The notes: generated by a model not told the origin, from the sequence alone. Shown: positions 1 through 8,661, counted from the first letter of the stretch. The stretch is DNA of 64,000 bases from Betaproteobacteria bacterium (GCA_039931775.1 JBDTRG010000185.1:13337-77336), one strand, 5' to 3'. Translations and numbers: made by a program.

Positions 1-1700
1 TTGTCCGGCCCGTCGATCCCGCCCACACCCGACGGATCGCCGAGCGTCGAGAGGCTTCCGTCCGAGCCGATCCGGAGGATTCTCCCGCCCGCCTTCAACG
101 CCGCGTACAGCGCGGGGCTCTGCGCGCCATTGAAATCACCGAACGCGAGCCCTTCCGGCTTCTCCAGGTTGGCCGAGGCAGGAACCCATTCGACCAACCC
201 GCTTCCGTCGGGCATCACGCGGACGATGCGTCCGCCGTAGTCGTCCTCGGCGATGAACATCATGCCTGCGCTTCCGTACGCACTGTCCTCACGCAGGGGC
301 TGGATGCCCTCGGGGCCGTCGAGCACCGTCGCGAGCTTGGTCGCGACGCCGGATACCGGCTTGTTCGTCGCATCGTAGGTGATCGCCGTGCGGTAGAGCC
401 CGCCGAACTGGATGCCGAGATAGATCGGCAGTTCGCTCGACACGTAGACATCGCCGTTGGGATGGACGTCGAGCCGGCACGCGCCGGGAATGCCTAGCGC
501 GATCGGCAGCACGCCGCCCGTCGCCTTGTCGATCGTCACGACACCACCCGCGGCGCTGACCACTTCGAGCACGCCGAACAGGTTGCCGAACCGGTCGAAC
601 CCCAGGCCATCGATGCGCGGCAATTTCACCGGGTCGAAAACGACCAGCTCGAGCACACCCGGGATGCCATCGGCGAGCTTCGGCCCCAACGGAACGTCCG
701 AGTCAACGACGATCGCGACATCCGCGCTGTTCGTCAGCGCGCCATCGGTGGCCGTGAGCCGCAGCACGTAGTTGCCGGCGATACCGAAGGTCGCCGTGGT
801 CGTGGCCGCGCTCGAGTCGGCGAAGCTCACCGTGCCGGGCCCCGCCGCCTTGCTCCAGGTCAGCGCCAGCGCCGCGGGTGGATTGGGCAGGCCGTCGTCG
901 CTGGCCGTGCCGCCGAGATTCGCGCTGGCGGGAAAGAGGATCGTCTGATCGGCGCCGGCGCTCACCTGCGGCGGCTGATTTGCAGGCGCGGAGGGCACGG
1001 GTAACAAGGTGGTCAGCCTTGCGTTCGTCATCCCCTTGTCCGCGAGCGACAGCGTGCCGCTCGCGTTGACGTCCTTCAGGTAATTCGACGCGGTCACGAA
1101 CTGCGCGACCTGCGCGTTCACCAATCCGAGGTCGGCCAGCGTCACCACCCGGTTTTGATTCACGTCGCCCGACAGGAAACCGACGCGGATCGAACCGCTG
1201 CCGCCCGTCCGGCCGTCCGCCGTGCTGACGCTGCTCACTGTGACGGTCACGTACTGCTGATCGGCTACTCCGGTCAACGGGACGCGCATCTCGGTGCCGC
1301 CGAAAGTCGGCACCCCTGCCGTCGCGATGCCCTCGGTTACGACCGCAATCCCTCCGGTAACCGCGTTGTCGAATACAAAGACGAGGGTATGTGGGGGACC
1401 GGCGCGCGGCTCCGTCGTCGGATCCGACGACGCAAGCGATAGCGGAAGGTCGAACGTTCCGGCGGAGCCATGCGTCTTGCGCAATACGCCTCCGACGAGG
1501 ACGGGCGCAACCGCGGTCGGTCCGATGAACTGTCCGAACGCCACCGGTCGAGGTCCGACCTGAATCGTTTGGATGACCGTGTGGGTTCCCGTCTGGAGCA
1601 CGGGGACGCTATTGCCGGCCGAATTGGAGATGGAAGCGAGCGGCGCCGCGTTGGCGATGAAACCGCACAGCGCGAACAGCGAGCCTAGAAGGATGCGCAT
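1..1700 (-). CDS. secreted multidomain protein (signal peptide, dockerin-like Ca-binding repeats, PKD-like Ig domain, beta-propeller-like C-terminal part); 3' end lies outside the window
   Basis: Absent from the supplied ORF track because it has no in-window stop. My reverse-complement translation from the ATG at 1700 stays open to position 3. It starts MRILLGSLFALCGFIANAAPLASI (signal peptide). It continues with GDVNQNRVVTLADLGLVNAQ and DVNASGTLSLADKG (dockerin/EF-hand-like repeats), then PPQVSAGADQTI...LTWSKAAGPGTVSFADSSAATTTATFGIAGNYVLRLTATDGALTNSADVAIVV (PKD-like). The C-terminal part shows NGDVYVSS and MMFIAEDDYGGRIVRV (NHL/SMP-30-like). I checked the frame at both ends and in the middle. 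Confidence 0.7.
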   Translation of the reverse strand, partial: MRILLGSLFALCGFIANAAPLASISNSAGNSVPVLQTGTHTVIQTIQVGPRPVAFGQFIGPTAVAPVLVGGVLRKTHGSAGTFDLPLSLASSDPTTEPRAGPPHTLVFVFDNAVTGGIAVVTEGIATAGVPTFGGTEMRVPLTGVADQQYVTVTVSSVSTADGRTGGSGSIRVGFLSGDVNQNRVVTLADLGLVNAQVAQFVTASNYLKDVNASGTLSLADKGMTNARLTTLLPVPSAPANQPPQVSAGADQTILFPASANLGGTASDDGLPNPPAALALTWSKAAGPGTVSFADSSAATTTATFGIAGNYVLRLTATDGALTNSADVAIVVDSDVPLGPKLADGIPGVLELVVFDPVKLPRIDGLGFDRFGNLFGVLEVVSAAGGVVTIDKATGGVLPIALGIPGACRLDVHPNGDVYVSSELPIYLGIQFGGLYRTAITYDATNKPVSGVATKLATVLDGPEGIQPLREDSAYGSAGMMFIAEDDYGGRIVRVMPDGSGLVEWVPASANLEKPEGLAFGDFNGAQSPALYAALKAGGRILRIGSDGSLSTLGDPSGVGGIDGPD

Positions 1701-1874
1701 GTGCCGGCAATCCTATCAGAAGCATGAAGGCGCCCAACGCGCCGTGCGGGGTCGCCGTATGTGTGTCAACGCACCGACCTCGGCGAGGTGACGCGTCATC
1801 CTTGCCGGACGTACACACGGCGATCGGATTCCGCTCGCCCCGTGCCTCATTTCAGGTATTCGTTCGGGAGCACC

Positions 1875-2693
1875 ATGCGATCCAATTGGACCTACAAAAT
1901 GACGAGGCTGGTCATGCTCTGTTTTCTGACTCTGCTGATGGTGTCGCCGGCGCGCGGCTCGGCATTTTCAACCGACAACAGCGACCTGTGGCTTGCCCAC
2001 AACGAAGATGGGTGGGGCATGCAGCTGGTGCAGCGCGCGGACATCATGTTCGCGACGGTCTATGTGTACAGCGCCAGCATGGACCCTATCTATTACACGG
2101 TGACGCTATCGCCGATGGGCACGACCCCGGAGGGTGAAGCGATCTGGGTGGGCGACCTTTACCTGAGTCGCGGGCCGTGGTTCGGCTCGCCGACGTTCAA
2201 CTCGTCCCAGGTAAGCCGTCGCATTGTCGGGCAATTGACCTATGCCGTGAAGGACCTGTACGCGAGCACATTGACCTATTCGGTAGAGGGGGTGCAGGTC
2301 AGCAAGGAAATCTACCGGTACACACTGCGCAACGACGATTACTCAGGCTCATATGTCGGAGCGTTCAAGGTTGTCGCAACTCAGTGCTTCGATCCGGCAA
2401 GCGACGCCGTCCAGGTGTCGCTGGGCACCTTCAACGTCGTCTCCCAATCGTCCAGCGCGTTGCGCATCGTGACAAATGCCAATCAGGGATTCGCCTGTAC
2501 GTATGACGGGGACTACCAGCAATTCGGCCAGTTCGGCCAGAGTCGCGGCGCGTTTTCATGCACCGACGGTCGGGTGGGCGACTACACGTTTTATGAAATG
2601 CTCGTCACGAAGGCCGATTTCCGCGGGCTCATGGTCGGCGAAAACACGGCGGGCTGTTCGCTTTCGGGCAACTTCACCGGATTGCGCCAATAG
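1875..2693 (+). CDS. secreted four-cysteine protein of unknown function, paralog A
   Basis: Lies in track ORF 1761..2693. An internal ATG is preceded by GGGAG. Signal peptide MRSNWTYKMTRLVMLCFLTLLMVSPARG. Clear paralogy to 4665..5480 and 7729..8538, with shared FSTDNSDLW..NEDGWG, FAT.YVY, YYT.T, GDLY..GPWF, IYRYTLRNDDY, GDYQQFGQFGQ.RGA and GCSLSGNF. Confidence 0.8.
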   Translation: MRSNWTYKMTRLVMLCFLTLLMVSPARGSAFSTDNSDLWLAHNEDGWGMQLVQRADIMFATVYVYSASMDPIYYTVTLSPMGTTPEGEAIWVGDLYLSRGPWFGSPTFNSSQVSRRIVGQLTYAVKDLYASTLTYSVEGVQVSKEIYRYTLRNDDYSGSYVGAFKVVATQCFDPASDAVQVSLGTFNVVSQSSSALRIVTNANQGFACTYDGDYQQFGQFGQSRGAFSCTDGRVGDYTFYEMLVTKADFRGLMVGENTAGCSLSGNFTGLRQ

Positions 2694-2695
2694 CG

Positions 2696-3481
2696 CTAGC
2701 GCCGGCCGCGTGGACGCAGGGAAAGGTCGTCGCGACCCGCGAAGGGCGTCGGATGGACGCCGCCTCCGGCCGGTTCACCGGCGCTCGCCCAAATGCCCGA
2801 CGCATCAAAGGGCGGGATCGCCGGCCACTCCTCGATGACGACGGCGGCCCTGAGGGTAACCCAGCGCAGTTCCCAGGAGCCGCGCGATCGCAGGATCAGG
2901 TGTCCGTGCTCGCCGCGGTCGCCCTTCAAGACGAACCCATACTGCGCTTCGTCGGGAATTCCGCAGAAGTCGATCCAGGGATCGCAATCACCCAGGCAGG
3001 CCTGCGTAGTCGCGAGCGTCTCGTCGAACGCCGAATGCGCGGTGTCGTGGATCCTGATCGGGTGCCGCGGGCGATCGGGGAAGACCGATGCCAGCGCCGC
3101 CCAAGTTGCAGCGGCGGCGGCGGCCCAATCGTCGTAAGCGGTATCGCGCTGCTCGATGCCCGACCATGCGTCGAGTTGCTGCTGCGACAGCGTTCGCCCG
3201 TCGATCGTGGCGACGCGCAGCGCGCTGGGTGAGGTGGCGCAGTAAAGACACTTCCGCATCACCGGTGCATCGTTTGCGTCGACGCCGATCGTCAGATACG
3301 TGCGCGTATCGAGGTCGGGCAGGATTTCGTAACCGAACAGACCGTCCTCGACGATCGGCAAGAGGTCGAGGGTCAGGTTCGCGGGCAGCGAATAGTGGAA
3401 TGCCGCCCGTCCGAGGTGCGCGCGAAGCAGCACGAGAAGGCCCCTTGCTTGCGACAGACGCGGATAGCGGGATTCCGGCAT
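2696..3481 (-). CDS. hypothetical protein
   Basis: Lies in track ORF 2696..3598, with the likely start at MPESRYPRL. No recognisable motifs. It converges on paralog A, and both stop codons sit inside the palindrome TAGCGCTA (2691-2698). Confidence 0.5.
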   Translation of the reverse strand: MPESRYPRLSQARGLLVLLRAHLGRAAFHYSLPANLTLDLLPIVEDGLFGYEILPDLDTRTYLTIGVDANDAPVMRKCLYCATSPSALRVATIDGRTLSQQQLDAWSGIEQRDTAYDDWAAAAAATWAALASVFPDRPRHPIRIHDTAHSAFDETLATTQACLGDCDPWIDFCGIPDEAQYGFVLKGDRGEHGHLILRSRGSWELRWVTLRAAVVIEEWPAIPPFDASGIWASAGEPAGGGVHPTPFAGRDDLSLRPRGRR

Positions 3482-3650
3482 CGCGCACCCCTCGGGCGAC
3501 GGAAGCGTTGGCGGGTTGACGAATTGCAACCAGATATTGGGAACCCGCGACGGCTGGAACGCCAGCTTTTTTGAATCGATCTCAACTAGGCGTCGCAACC
3601 GTTTGAATGTGCAGGTTTCGGCGATGTGCGTCGCCGCGGCGCCTCATCCG

Positions 3651-4418
3651 TCAATCGACGTTGGCGGCCTCACCCGGTCGAACGAGCCACTCGCTGCAGT
3701 CCCAATGCAGCAATCGTTCGAGCGCGCGAATCTCGAATTCGAACGCGTCGTGCAGAAATTGCCATTCGCGCTCCGACATCGGGGACGCGTAGGGAAGCAC
3801 GTGCGCCGCTCCTGGAACCACGAGCGGCATCCGTGCGACGCCAAGGAAATCGAGTACCCCGTCGAGCGTCGGGTTCGGGCGATCGCGCAACGCCTCGTGA
3901 CGCAACACGAGCACCTGCTCCGTCGGAAAGAACGACCAGAGCCGCCGCAACTGCGCCGTGTAGTACCCCCGATCGACGTACGAGAACTTCCGGTGCTGAT
4001 GCGGCAGCGTGGACCGACAGCGGTCGCGTTCCGATTGCAACGCGTCCCAGAACGGAAGCGGTTCGTCGCGCCTCGCGCGCTGCATGTTCCAGTGCGAAAA
4101 CGCGCGCGTGATCGGGTTGCGCAACACGACGATGAGTTTCATCGCCGAGTTGTATTCCCAGATTCGCCTCGGCGCCTCCGTAGAGTACATGTAGGCCGGC
4201 GTGACTTCACCGAGCAGCGCCGTCGCCGCTGTCGGCGCGAACTGCGCGTGGTAATCCGCATAGCCCGAAAGCGTGCGTCGCATGAAGCCCGCATCGTCGT
4301 CGAACAGATGGACCTCCTTCACCTTCGCCATGCAAAGCGCCGGATGAGCCCGCAGGTAGGCGTCAAGGGCCGACGTGCCCGCCTTCTGCGCGCCGACACC
4401 GAGGAAATCGACCTTCAT
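3651..4418 (-). CDS. sulfotransferase family protein (PAPS-dependent)
   Basis: This is the C-terminal 255 aa of track ORF 3651..5309, starting at MKVDFLGVGAQKAGTSAL with GAGG upstream. The 5'-PSB-like loop is GAQKAGTS and the 3'-PB-like motif is VVLRNPITRAFSHW. The upstream part of the track ORF is antisense to paralog B and is not coding. Confidence 0.8.
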   Translation of the reverse strand: MKVDFLGVGAQKAGTSALDAYLRAHPALCMAKVKEVHLFDDDAGFMRRTLSGYADYHAQFAPTAATALLGEVTPAYMYSTEAPRRIWEYNSAMKLIVVLRNPITRAFSHWNMQRARRDEPLPFWDALQSERDRCRSTLPHQHRKFSYVDRGYYTAQLRRLWSFFPTEQVLVLRHEALRDRPNPTLDGVLDFLGVARMPLVVPGAAHVLPYASPMSEREWQFLHDAFEFEIRALERLLHWDCSEWLVRPGEAANVD

Positions 4419-4586
4419 GGACGCGACCTCGCCTCGCTCATGGCCGGGCGCGGACAGTGCGGGTCGAACGGCGAACGCTGAAAGGGTGGTACTTGCGCTT
4501 GTGCGGAGTGGGCATGGATCAACCGGCTTGGGCCAAGGCACCAATTTTCCCCTATTTGCACGTGCGCGGGTTTGCGCTTCGCGCAG

Positions 4587-4615
4587 TTGACGCGCGCCGT
4601 CGCCACCCTTAGGCT
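4587..4615 (+). promoter_or_regulatory. candidate sigma-70 promoter of paralog B
   Basis: TTGACG, 17 nt, TAGGCT, about 50 nt upstream of the ATG at 4665. Motif match only. Confidence 0.3.
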
Positions 4616-4664
4616 CGCACGTGCGGATCGATATGCGGTTTTTGGGATAGTTGCCGGAGGTGAC

Positions 4665-5480
4665 ATGCAATTGGAATGTTTTTCCGGAATTCGCAGGATG
4701 ATCATGTCTTGTCTCGTGGCGCTGGCGGTGATCGGGCCAGCGGGAGCCACGTCGTTCTCGACGGACAACAGCGACTTGTGGCTGACCAAGAACGAGGATG
4801 GCTGGGGCGTGCAGATCGTCCATCGGGCGGACGTCATGTTCGCGACCATCTACGTCTACGACGCCGACCGCTTTCCGGTCTACTACACGGCGACGCTGGT
4901 CTACGCCGGAACGAACTCCGCCGGCAATGCGGTCTGGGTCGGCGATCTTTACCTTACCAACGGCCCCTGGTTCGGCGCACCGGTCTTCAGCTCTTCGCAG
5001 GTGACCTATCGCAAGGTCGGGCAGATCGCCTATGTCCCTCAATTGGTCGAAACCGGTCTGCTCGCCTATTCGGTCGACGGCGTGACCGTGAACAAGCAGA
5101 TCTATCGATACACATTGAGGAACGACGACTATGCCGGCACGTTCGTCGGCGCATTCAAGGTCACGGCGAGCGGATGCTCGAATTCGGCGAACAACGGAAG
5201 CCAATTGATTCGTGCCACGTTCACCGTCACGCAAACCGCCAGTTCGCTGAGAATCGTGTCGAATTCCGATCAGGGCGTGTCGTGCAACTACCCCGGCGAC
5301 TACCAGCAATTCGGGCAGTTCGGCCAGACGCGCGGCGCGTACCTCTGCTCGACCGGCGAGAATGGCGCCTATACCCTATTCGAGATGAACGTCGCATACG
5401 ACGACATGCGCGGACGGATGGTGGGGACGAACAACCTGGGATGCTCGCTATCGGGTAACTTTTCGGCGATCCGGCAATAA
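4665..5480 (+). CDS. secreted four-cysteine protein of unknown function, paralog B
   Basis: Lies in track ORF 4572..5480. The start MQLECFSGIRRMIMSCLVALAVIGPAGA is preceded by GGAGGTGAC. It is the closest paralog of A, with long identical strings IYRYTLRNDDY and GDYQQFGQFGQ. Confidence 0.8.
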   Translation: MQLECFSGIRRMIMSCLVALAVIGPAGATSFSTDNSDLWLTKNEDGWGVQIVHRADVMFATIYVYDADRFPVYYTATLVYAGTNSAGNAVWVGDLYLTNGPWFGAPVFSSSQVTYRKVGQIAYVPQLVETGLLAYSVDGVTVNKQIYRYTLRNDDYAGTFVGAFKVTASGCSNSANNGSQLIRATFTVTQTASSLRIVSNSDQGVSCNYPGDYQQFGQFGQTRGAYLCSTGENGAYTLFEMNVAYDDMRGRMVGTNNLGCSLSGNFSAIRQ

Positions 5481-5728
5481 CTCCGGCCTGACCATTCGCC
5501 GGCGCATGAATCGCGTAACGGCAACGCCTGTCAGGGATGTCGGCGCGCCAGTCGATGACCCGTCGACGGGATCATGTCAATTCCCGGCAAGCGCATCGAT
5601 CTTCGCGCATGGATCCGTGGCCAATTCGCGCCACGCCCATCGCGCACTGGAGGCCACGGTAGTGCGAAATAGCCGACCCGGATCGACCCTGCGCCACCGA
5701 ACCCTCCATCGGCGCCGCATGGTGGAGG

Positions 5729-6115
5729 TTACCTCTTGCCTCCACCGATTTCCGCGGCTGTAGCTTTGGTACTCGGGGGTGATATCGCCGCCCCTGGTGG
5801 AGAATGCGCTCCCGACGCCTCGAGCGGTTTTGAGGCCAATGGCGTAATCGGGGTCGAGTAGGGACCCGGGTCGACGCAGGGCGGGGTTGCCGCGGGTGTG
5901 GGAACAGATTTGCCAGCGGTTTCCAGGCCCGCGCGATAAGCCCGCGCCGTGCGGTCCATCGATTGGCACAACTGATACCGGGCGACATTGTCGGACCACG
6001 CGGCCTTCGCCGCCGTCTCTGCCGCTAGAGCCTTCTGTGCATCGGACGGAGGCGGCAGCGCCGCTGACGCATATCCACCCACCGACACTGCAATCATGAC
6101 AGCCGCGATTCGCAC
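5729..6115 (-). CDS. small secreted Pro-rich protein, hypothetical
   Basis: Lies in track ORF 5729..6190. A GTG start has a strong AGGAGGG 8 nt upstream. Signal peptide (M)RIAAVMIAVSVGGYASAA. Two Cys and a Pro/Thr/Ala-rich C-terminus. Confidence 0.5.
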   Translation of the reverse strand: MRIAAVMIAVSVGGYASAALPPPSDAQKALAAETAAKAAWSDNVARYQLCQSMDRTARAYRAGLETAGKSVPTPAATPPCVDPGPYSTPITPLASKPLEASGAHSPPGAAISPPSTKATAAEIGGGKR

Positions 6116-6128
6116 GATGCGTACCCTC

Positions 6129-6311
6129 CTATGGCCTGCGCAGGCGGACATTGTGGGCACGGCAGTGGTATCGGTTGCGGTCACCACCAATGCCGAGCAC
6201 CACCACGAGACCCATCAGGCCCAGCACCACGCCTTCAACCGCCATCAGAATCGTGATCAGATCGTCCATTCGACATTTGTACGCCGCCCGCCGCGACGTC
6301 GCTGCCATCAT
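6129..6311 (-). CDS. small single-pass membrane protein, hypothetical
   Basis: Lies in track ORF 6129..6335. The MM start is preceded by GAGGA. Hydrophobic segment ITILMAVEGVVLGLMGLVVVLGIGG. Its TAG stop abuts the AGGAGGG Shine-Dalgarno of the next ORF, a translational-coupling layout. Confidence 0.35.
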   Translation of the reverse strand: MMAATSRRAAYKCRMDDLITILMAVEGVVLGLMGLVVVLGIGGDRNRYHCRAHNVRLRRP

Positions 6312-6353
6312 TCCGCCGATCCTCAGGTAGGCCAAGACCCGACATGGCGAGCC

Positions 6354-7511
6354 TTATTCCTTCAACCGACCTCTGAAAATCCGCGGAAGCTCGACCGTGA
6401 ATACCGTCCCCGCGGCTTCGGACGATTCGACACGCAGCTCCCCACCGTGCGCCGCGACAATGTCCCGGGCAATGAACAATCCAAGCCCGAGGCTTGTCGG
6501 ATGGGAGTCGATCAAAGGTGAATTTTCGTCGCGAAGCTGAACCATCGGATTGAAAATGACCTGCATCGCGGCCGCGGGGATGGGGCGCCCCAGGTTGATG
6601 ACTTCCAGTACGACACTCGCCGTATGTCCCTCGGCCCGCACGGTGATGGGCGAGCCGCTGGCGCCATGCTGAACCGCGTTGTTGAGCAGATTCGAGAGGA
6701 CCTGCTGCAGCCGCCCACGGTCGACCTGGCCGCGAAGGTCCCCGCGCATTTCAAGATCGAAAACAAATTCCGGGTGTGCCGCCTGTACTTCATCGTGTGC
6801 GGTTTCGCAGATGAGACCGATGTCGCACGCAATGGGCGTCACTGGCATGCTTTTACCAAGCCGGGTCCGGGTATATTCCAGCAGATCCCGGATCATCAGG
6901 CTCATCGTCAGCACGCTCTTTTTGATGCGCACGACGGCGGGCAGAGCGCTGGCATCGACCTTGCCGCGGGTCGCCAGATAGTCCGCGGTCATCGATACCG
7001 CGCTCAGCGGGCTACGCAAATCGTGGCCGAGAATGGCCAGAAACGTATCGCGCGAGCGTGTTACTTCATTGGAATAGCGGACGACCGATTCGGCCAACGC
7101 TTGGTCAACCGCCTCGTTGAACCGAGTCATCTCGGTGAGCACGTTATCCTGCTGGCTCGACAGGTGCTCGCGCCAAAGCTTTATGACGCTTGCCCGCAGG
7201 GCGCGATATTCCGACGTCAGCTGAATGAGGTCGAAACCGACGAGGTGCCTGAGCGCTCCATGGGTGGCAGCGGCGGTTTCCTTCCCCTCCAGAACCGGCG
7301 CCCAGCCCTTCGACTTGTCGTCCTGCTGAGCGTCGGTTTGCGCGGCATCGATGTCGCGCGCCATGGCCTGCAATATCTCCCTGGCGTGGCTGCGAAGCGC
7401 CAATGCCGTCATGGTTTCCGCCGCCGGCTGCAGCGTAAGCGCGAAAGCCTCCCATTCCGCCAGGATCGCGTCGAGGTTTTGGTTGATGAACTGCGCAAGC
7501 GTCACAAACAT
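6354..7511 (-). CDS. soluble (no TM) sensor histidine kinase, orphan
   Basis: H-box FLAILGHDLRSPLSAV, N-box LSNLLNNAVQHG, G-boxes GLGLGLFIARDIVAAHGG. The N-terminal roughly 150 aa (FINQNLDAILAEWEAFA) resemble RsbRD-type sensor N-domains. No response regulator is adjacent. Confidence 0.85.
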   Translation of the reverse strand: MFVTLAQFINQNLDAILAEWEAFALTLQPAAETMTALALRSHAREILQAMARDIDAAQTDAQQDDKSKGWAPVLEGKETAAATHGALRHLVGFDLIQLTSEYRALRASVIKLWREHLSSQQDNVLTEMTRFNEAVDQALAESVVRYSNEVTRSRDTFLAILGHDLRSPLSAVSMTADYLATRGKVDASALPAVVRIKKSVLTMSLMIRDLLEYTRTRLGKSMPVTPIACDIGLICETAHDEVQAAHPEFVFDLEMRGDLRGQVDRGRLQQVLSNLLNNAVQHGASGSPITVRAEGHTASVVLEVINLGRPIPAAAMQVIFNPMVQLRDENSPLIDSHPTSLGLGLFIARDIVAAHGGELRVESSEAAGTVFTVELPRIFRGRLKE

Positions 7512-7728
7512 CTGCCTCGCAGAGAGCGGGTTCGCTCAAATTGCCAGATTGTCCGCGATCCGACTGTACGTTACCCGACATTAGGGAGCTCACCGGCTTC
7601 GGATGCGGGACTCGGATGCACCATGACGTCGACCAGGTCGCCCCCGATCGAAATGCAGCAACTAGGCAGTCGCGCGTATTCCACGGTAGTCTACGGAAGT
7701 CCCCAGGTCCACTTCCAGGAGAATATCC

Positions 7729-8538
7729 GTGACCATGTTGCGCCGCGTGGCCGTTGCTTTGCTTGCCTCAATGCTGCTGCACGTTCCGTCAGTTACCGCC
7801 TCGTCATTTACGACCGACCAGAGCGATTCATGGTGGATTCCCAATGAATCGGGCTGGGGAATCCAGTTTGTCGAACGCGGCTCGACAATCTTCGCCACGT
7901 TATATGTTTACGGCCCGGATTCGAAAGCGACGTGGTACACCGCAACGATGTTTCTCGTGGGAAATACCTTAACTTGGTCGGGTGACCTTTACGGCACGAC
8001 AGGACCGTACTTTGCGGCCGTCCCGTTCGATCCCAATGCGGTCATCCGGACAAAGGTGGGAACGATGACGTGGACTGCACTGGACGTGGCGACTGGGACA
8101 CTGAGCTACGACGTGAATGGCGTCAATGTTACGAAGTCCAACGTGACCCGGACATTCGCGGGGTTCGATGATTTCAGTGGCCATTATGCAGGCGGCGTCC
8201 ATCGGACTGTTTCCGGATGTACCGACCAGACGTTGAACGTCACGAAGGAAGTCCCGGCAGTCATCTATGTCAATCAAAATGGTCCGTCGATTCAAGTGCT
8301 GGAAATTGACGCCGGTGGCAGCTGCACCTATACCGGCACATCATCGCAACTGGGACAAATGGGGGCCGCTCAGGGCACATTCTTCTGCAGTGACGGGTTA
8401 TCGGGTGGGTTTTCGTTTTTCGAGATGCAGGTGACCATTAGCGGTCTCACCGGTCGCTTTGGAAAAAATTTCAACCCGCCCGCAACAGGGTGTCAATCTT
8501 CGGGTTGGTTTGGGGGCGCGCGCGGGGAAACGTTCTAG
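7729..8538 (+). CDS. secreted four-cysteine protein of unknown function, paralog C (divergent)
   Basis: GTG start with AGGAGA upstream. Signal peptide MTMLRRVAVALLASMLLHVPSVTA. It shares FTTDQSDSWW.PNESGWG, FATLYVY, WYTAT, GDLY.TTGPYF and the four conserved Cys with A and B. Confidence 0.8.
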   Translation: MTMLRRVAVALLASMLLHVPSVTASSFTTDQSDSWWIPNESGWGIQFVERGSTIFATLYVYGPDSKATWYTATMFLVGNTLTWSGDLYGTTGPYFAAVPFDPNAVIRTKVGTMTWTALDVATGTLSYDVNGVNVTKSNVTRTFAGFDDFSGHYAGGVHRTVSGCTDQTLNVTKEVPAVIYVNQNGPSIQVLEIDAGGSCTYTGTSSQLGQMGAAQGTFFCSDGLSGGFSFFEMQVTISGLTGRFGKNFNPPATGCQSSGWFGGARGETF

Positions 8539-8630
8539 CTACTAGAAGGACAGCGCCCTTCCTTATTGGACCCATCTCGTGAATCGTCCACGAGGATTCG
8601 CCAGCTCTGGCCAGGGCGGGAAACGAAGAC

Positions 8631-8648
8631 GGCCCCCGCTTGGGGGCC
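8631..8648. terminator. bidirectional rho-independent terminator (paralog C / ssrA)
   Basis: GGCCCCC-GCTT-GGGGGCC hairpin with T-rich runs on both strands. It lies between the paralog C stop and the tmRNA 3' end. Confidence 0.6.
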
Positions 8649-8661
8649 GCCCTTCTTGGTT

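Noticed and set aside
3516-4481. 321-aa plus-strand ORF overlapping the sulfotransferase
   Set aside because: It is antisense to a gene with clear PAPS-binding motifs, is Arg-rich and has no recognisable domain.
5718-5727. TGGTGGAGGT, a 10-nt match to the ssrA 3' end, considered as a possible island att repeat
   Set aside because: The match is too short. It is fully explained as one arm of a local hairpin, GGTGGAGG-N10-CCTCCACC, at the stop of the small secreted ORF. The similarity does not extend into the T-arm sequence of ssrA.
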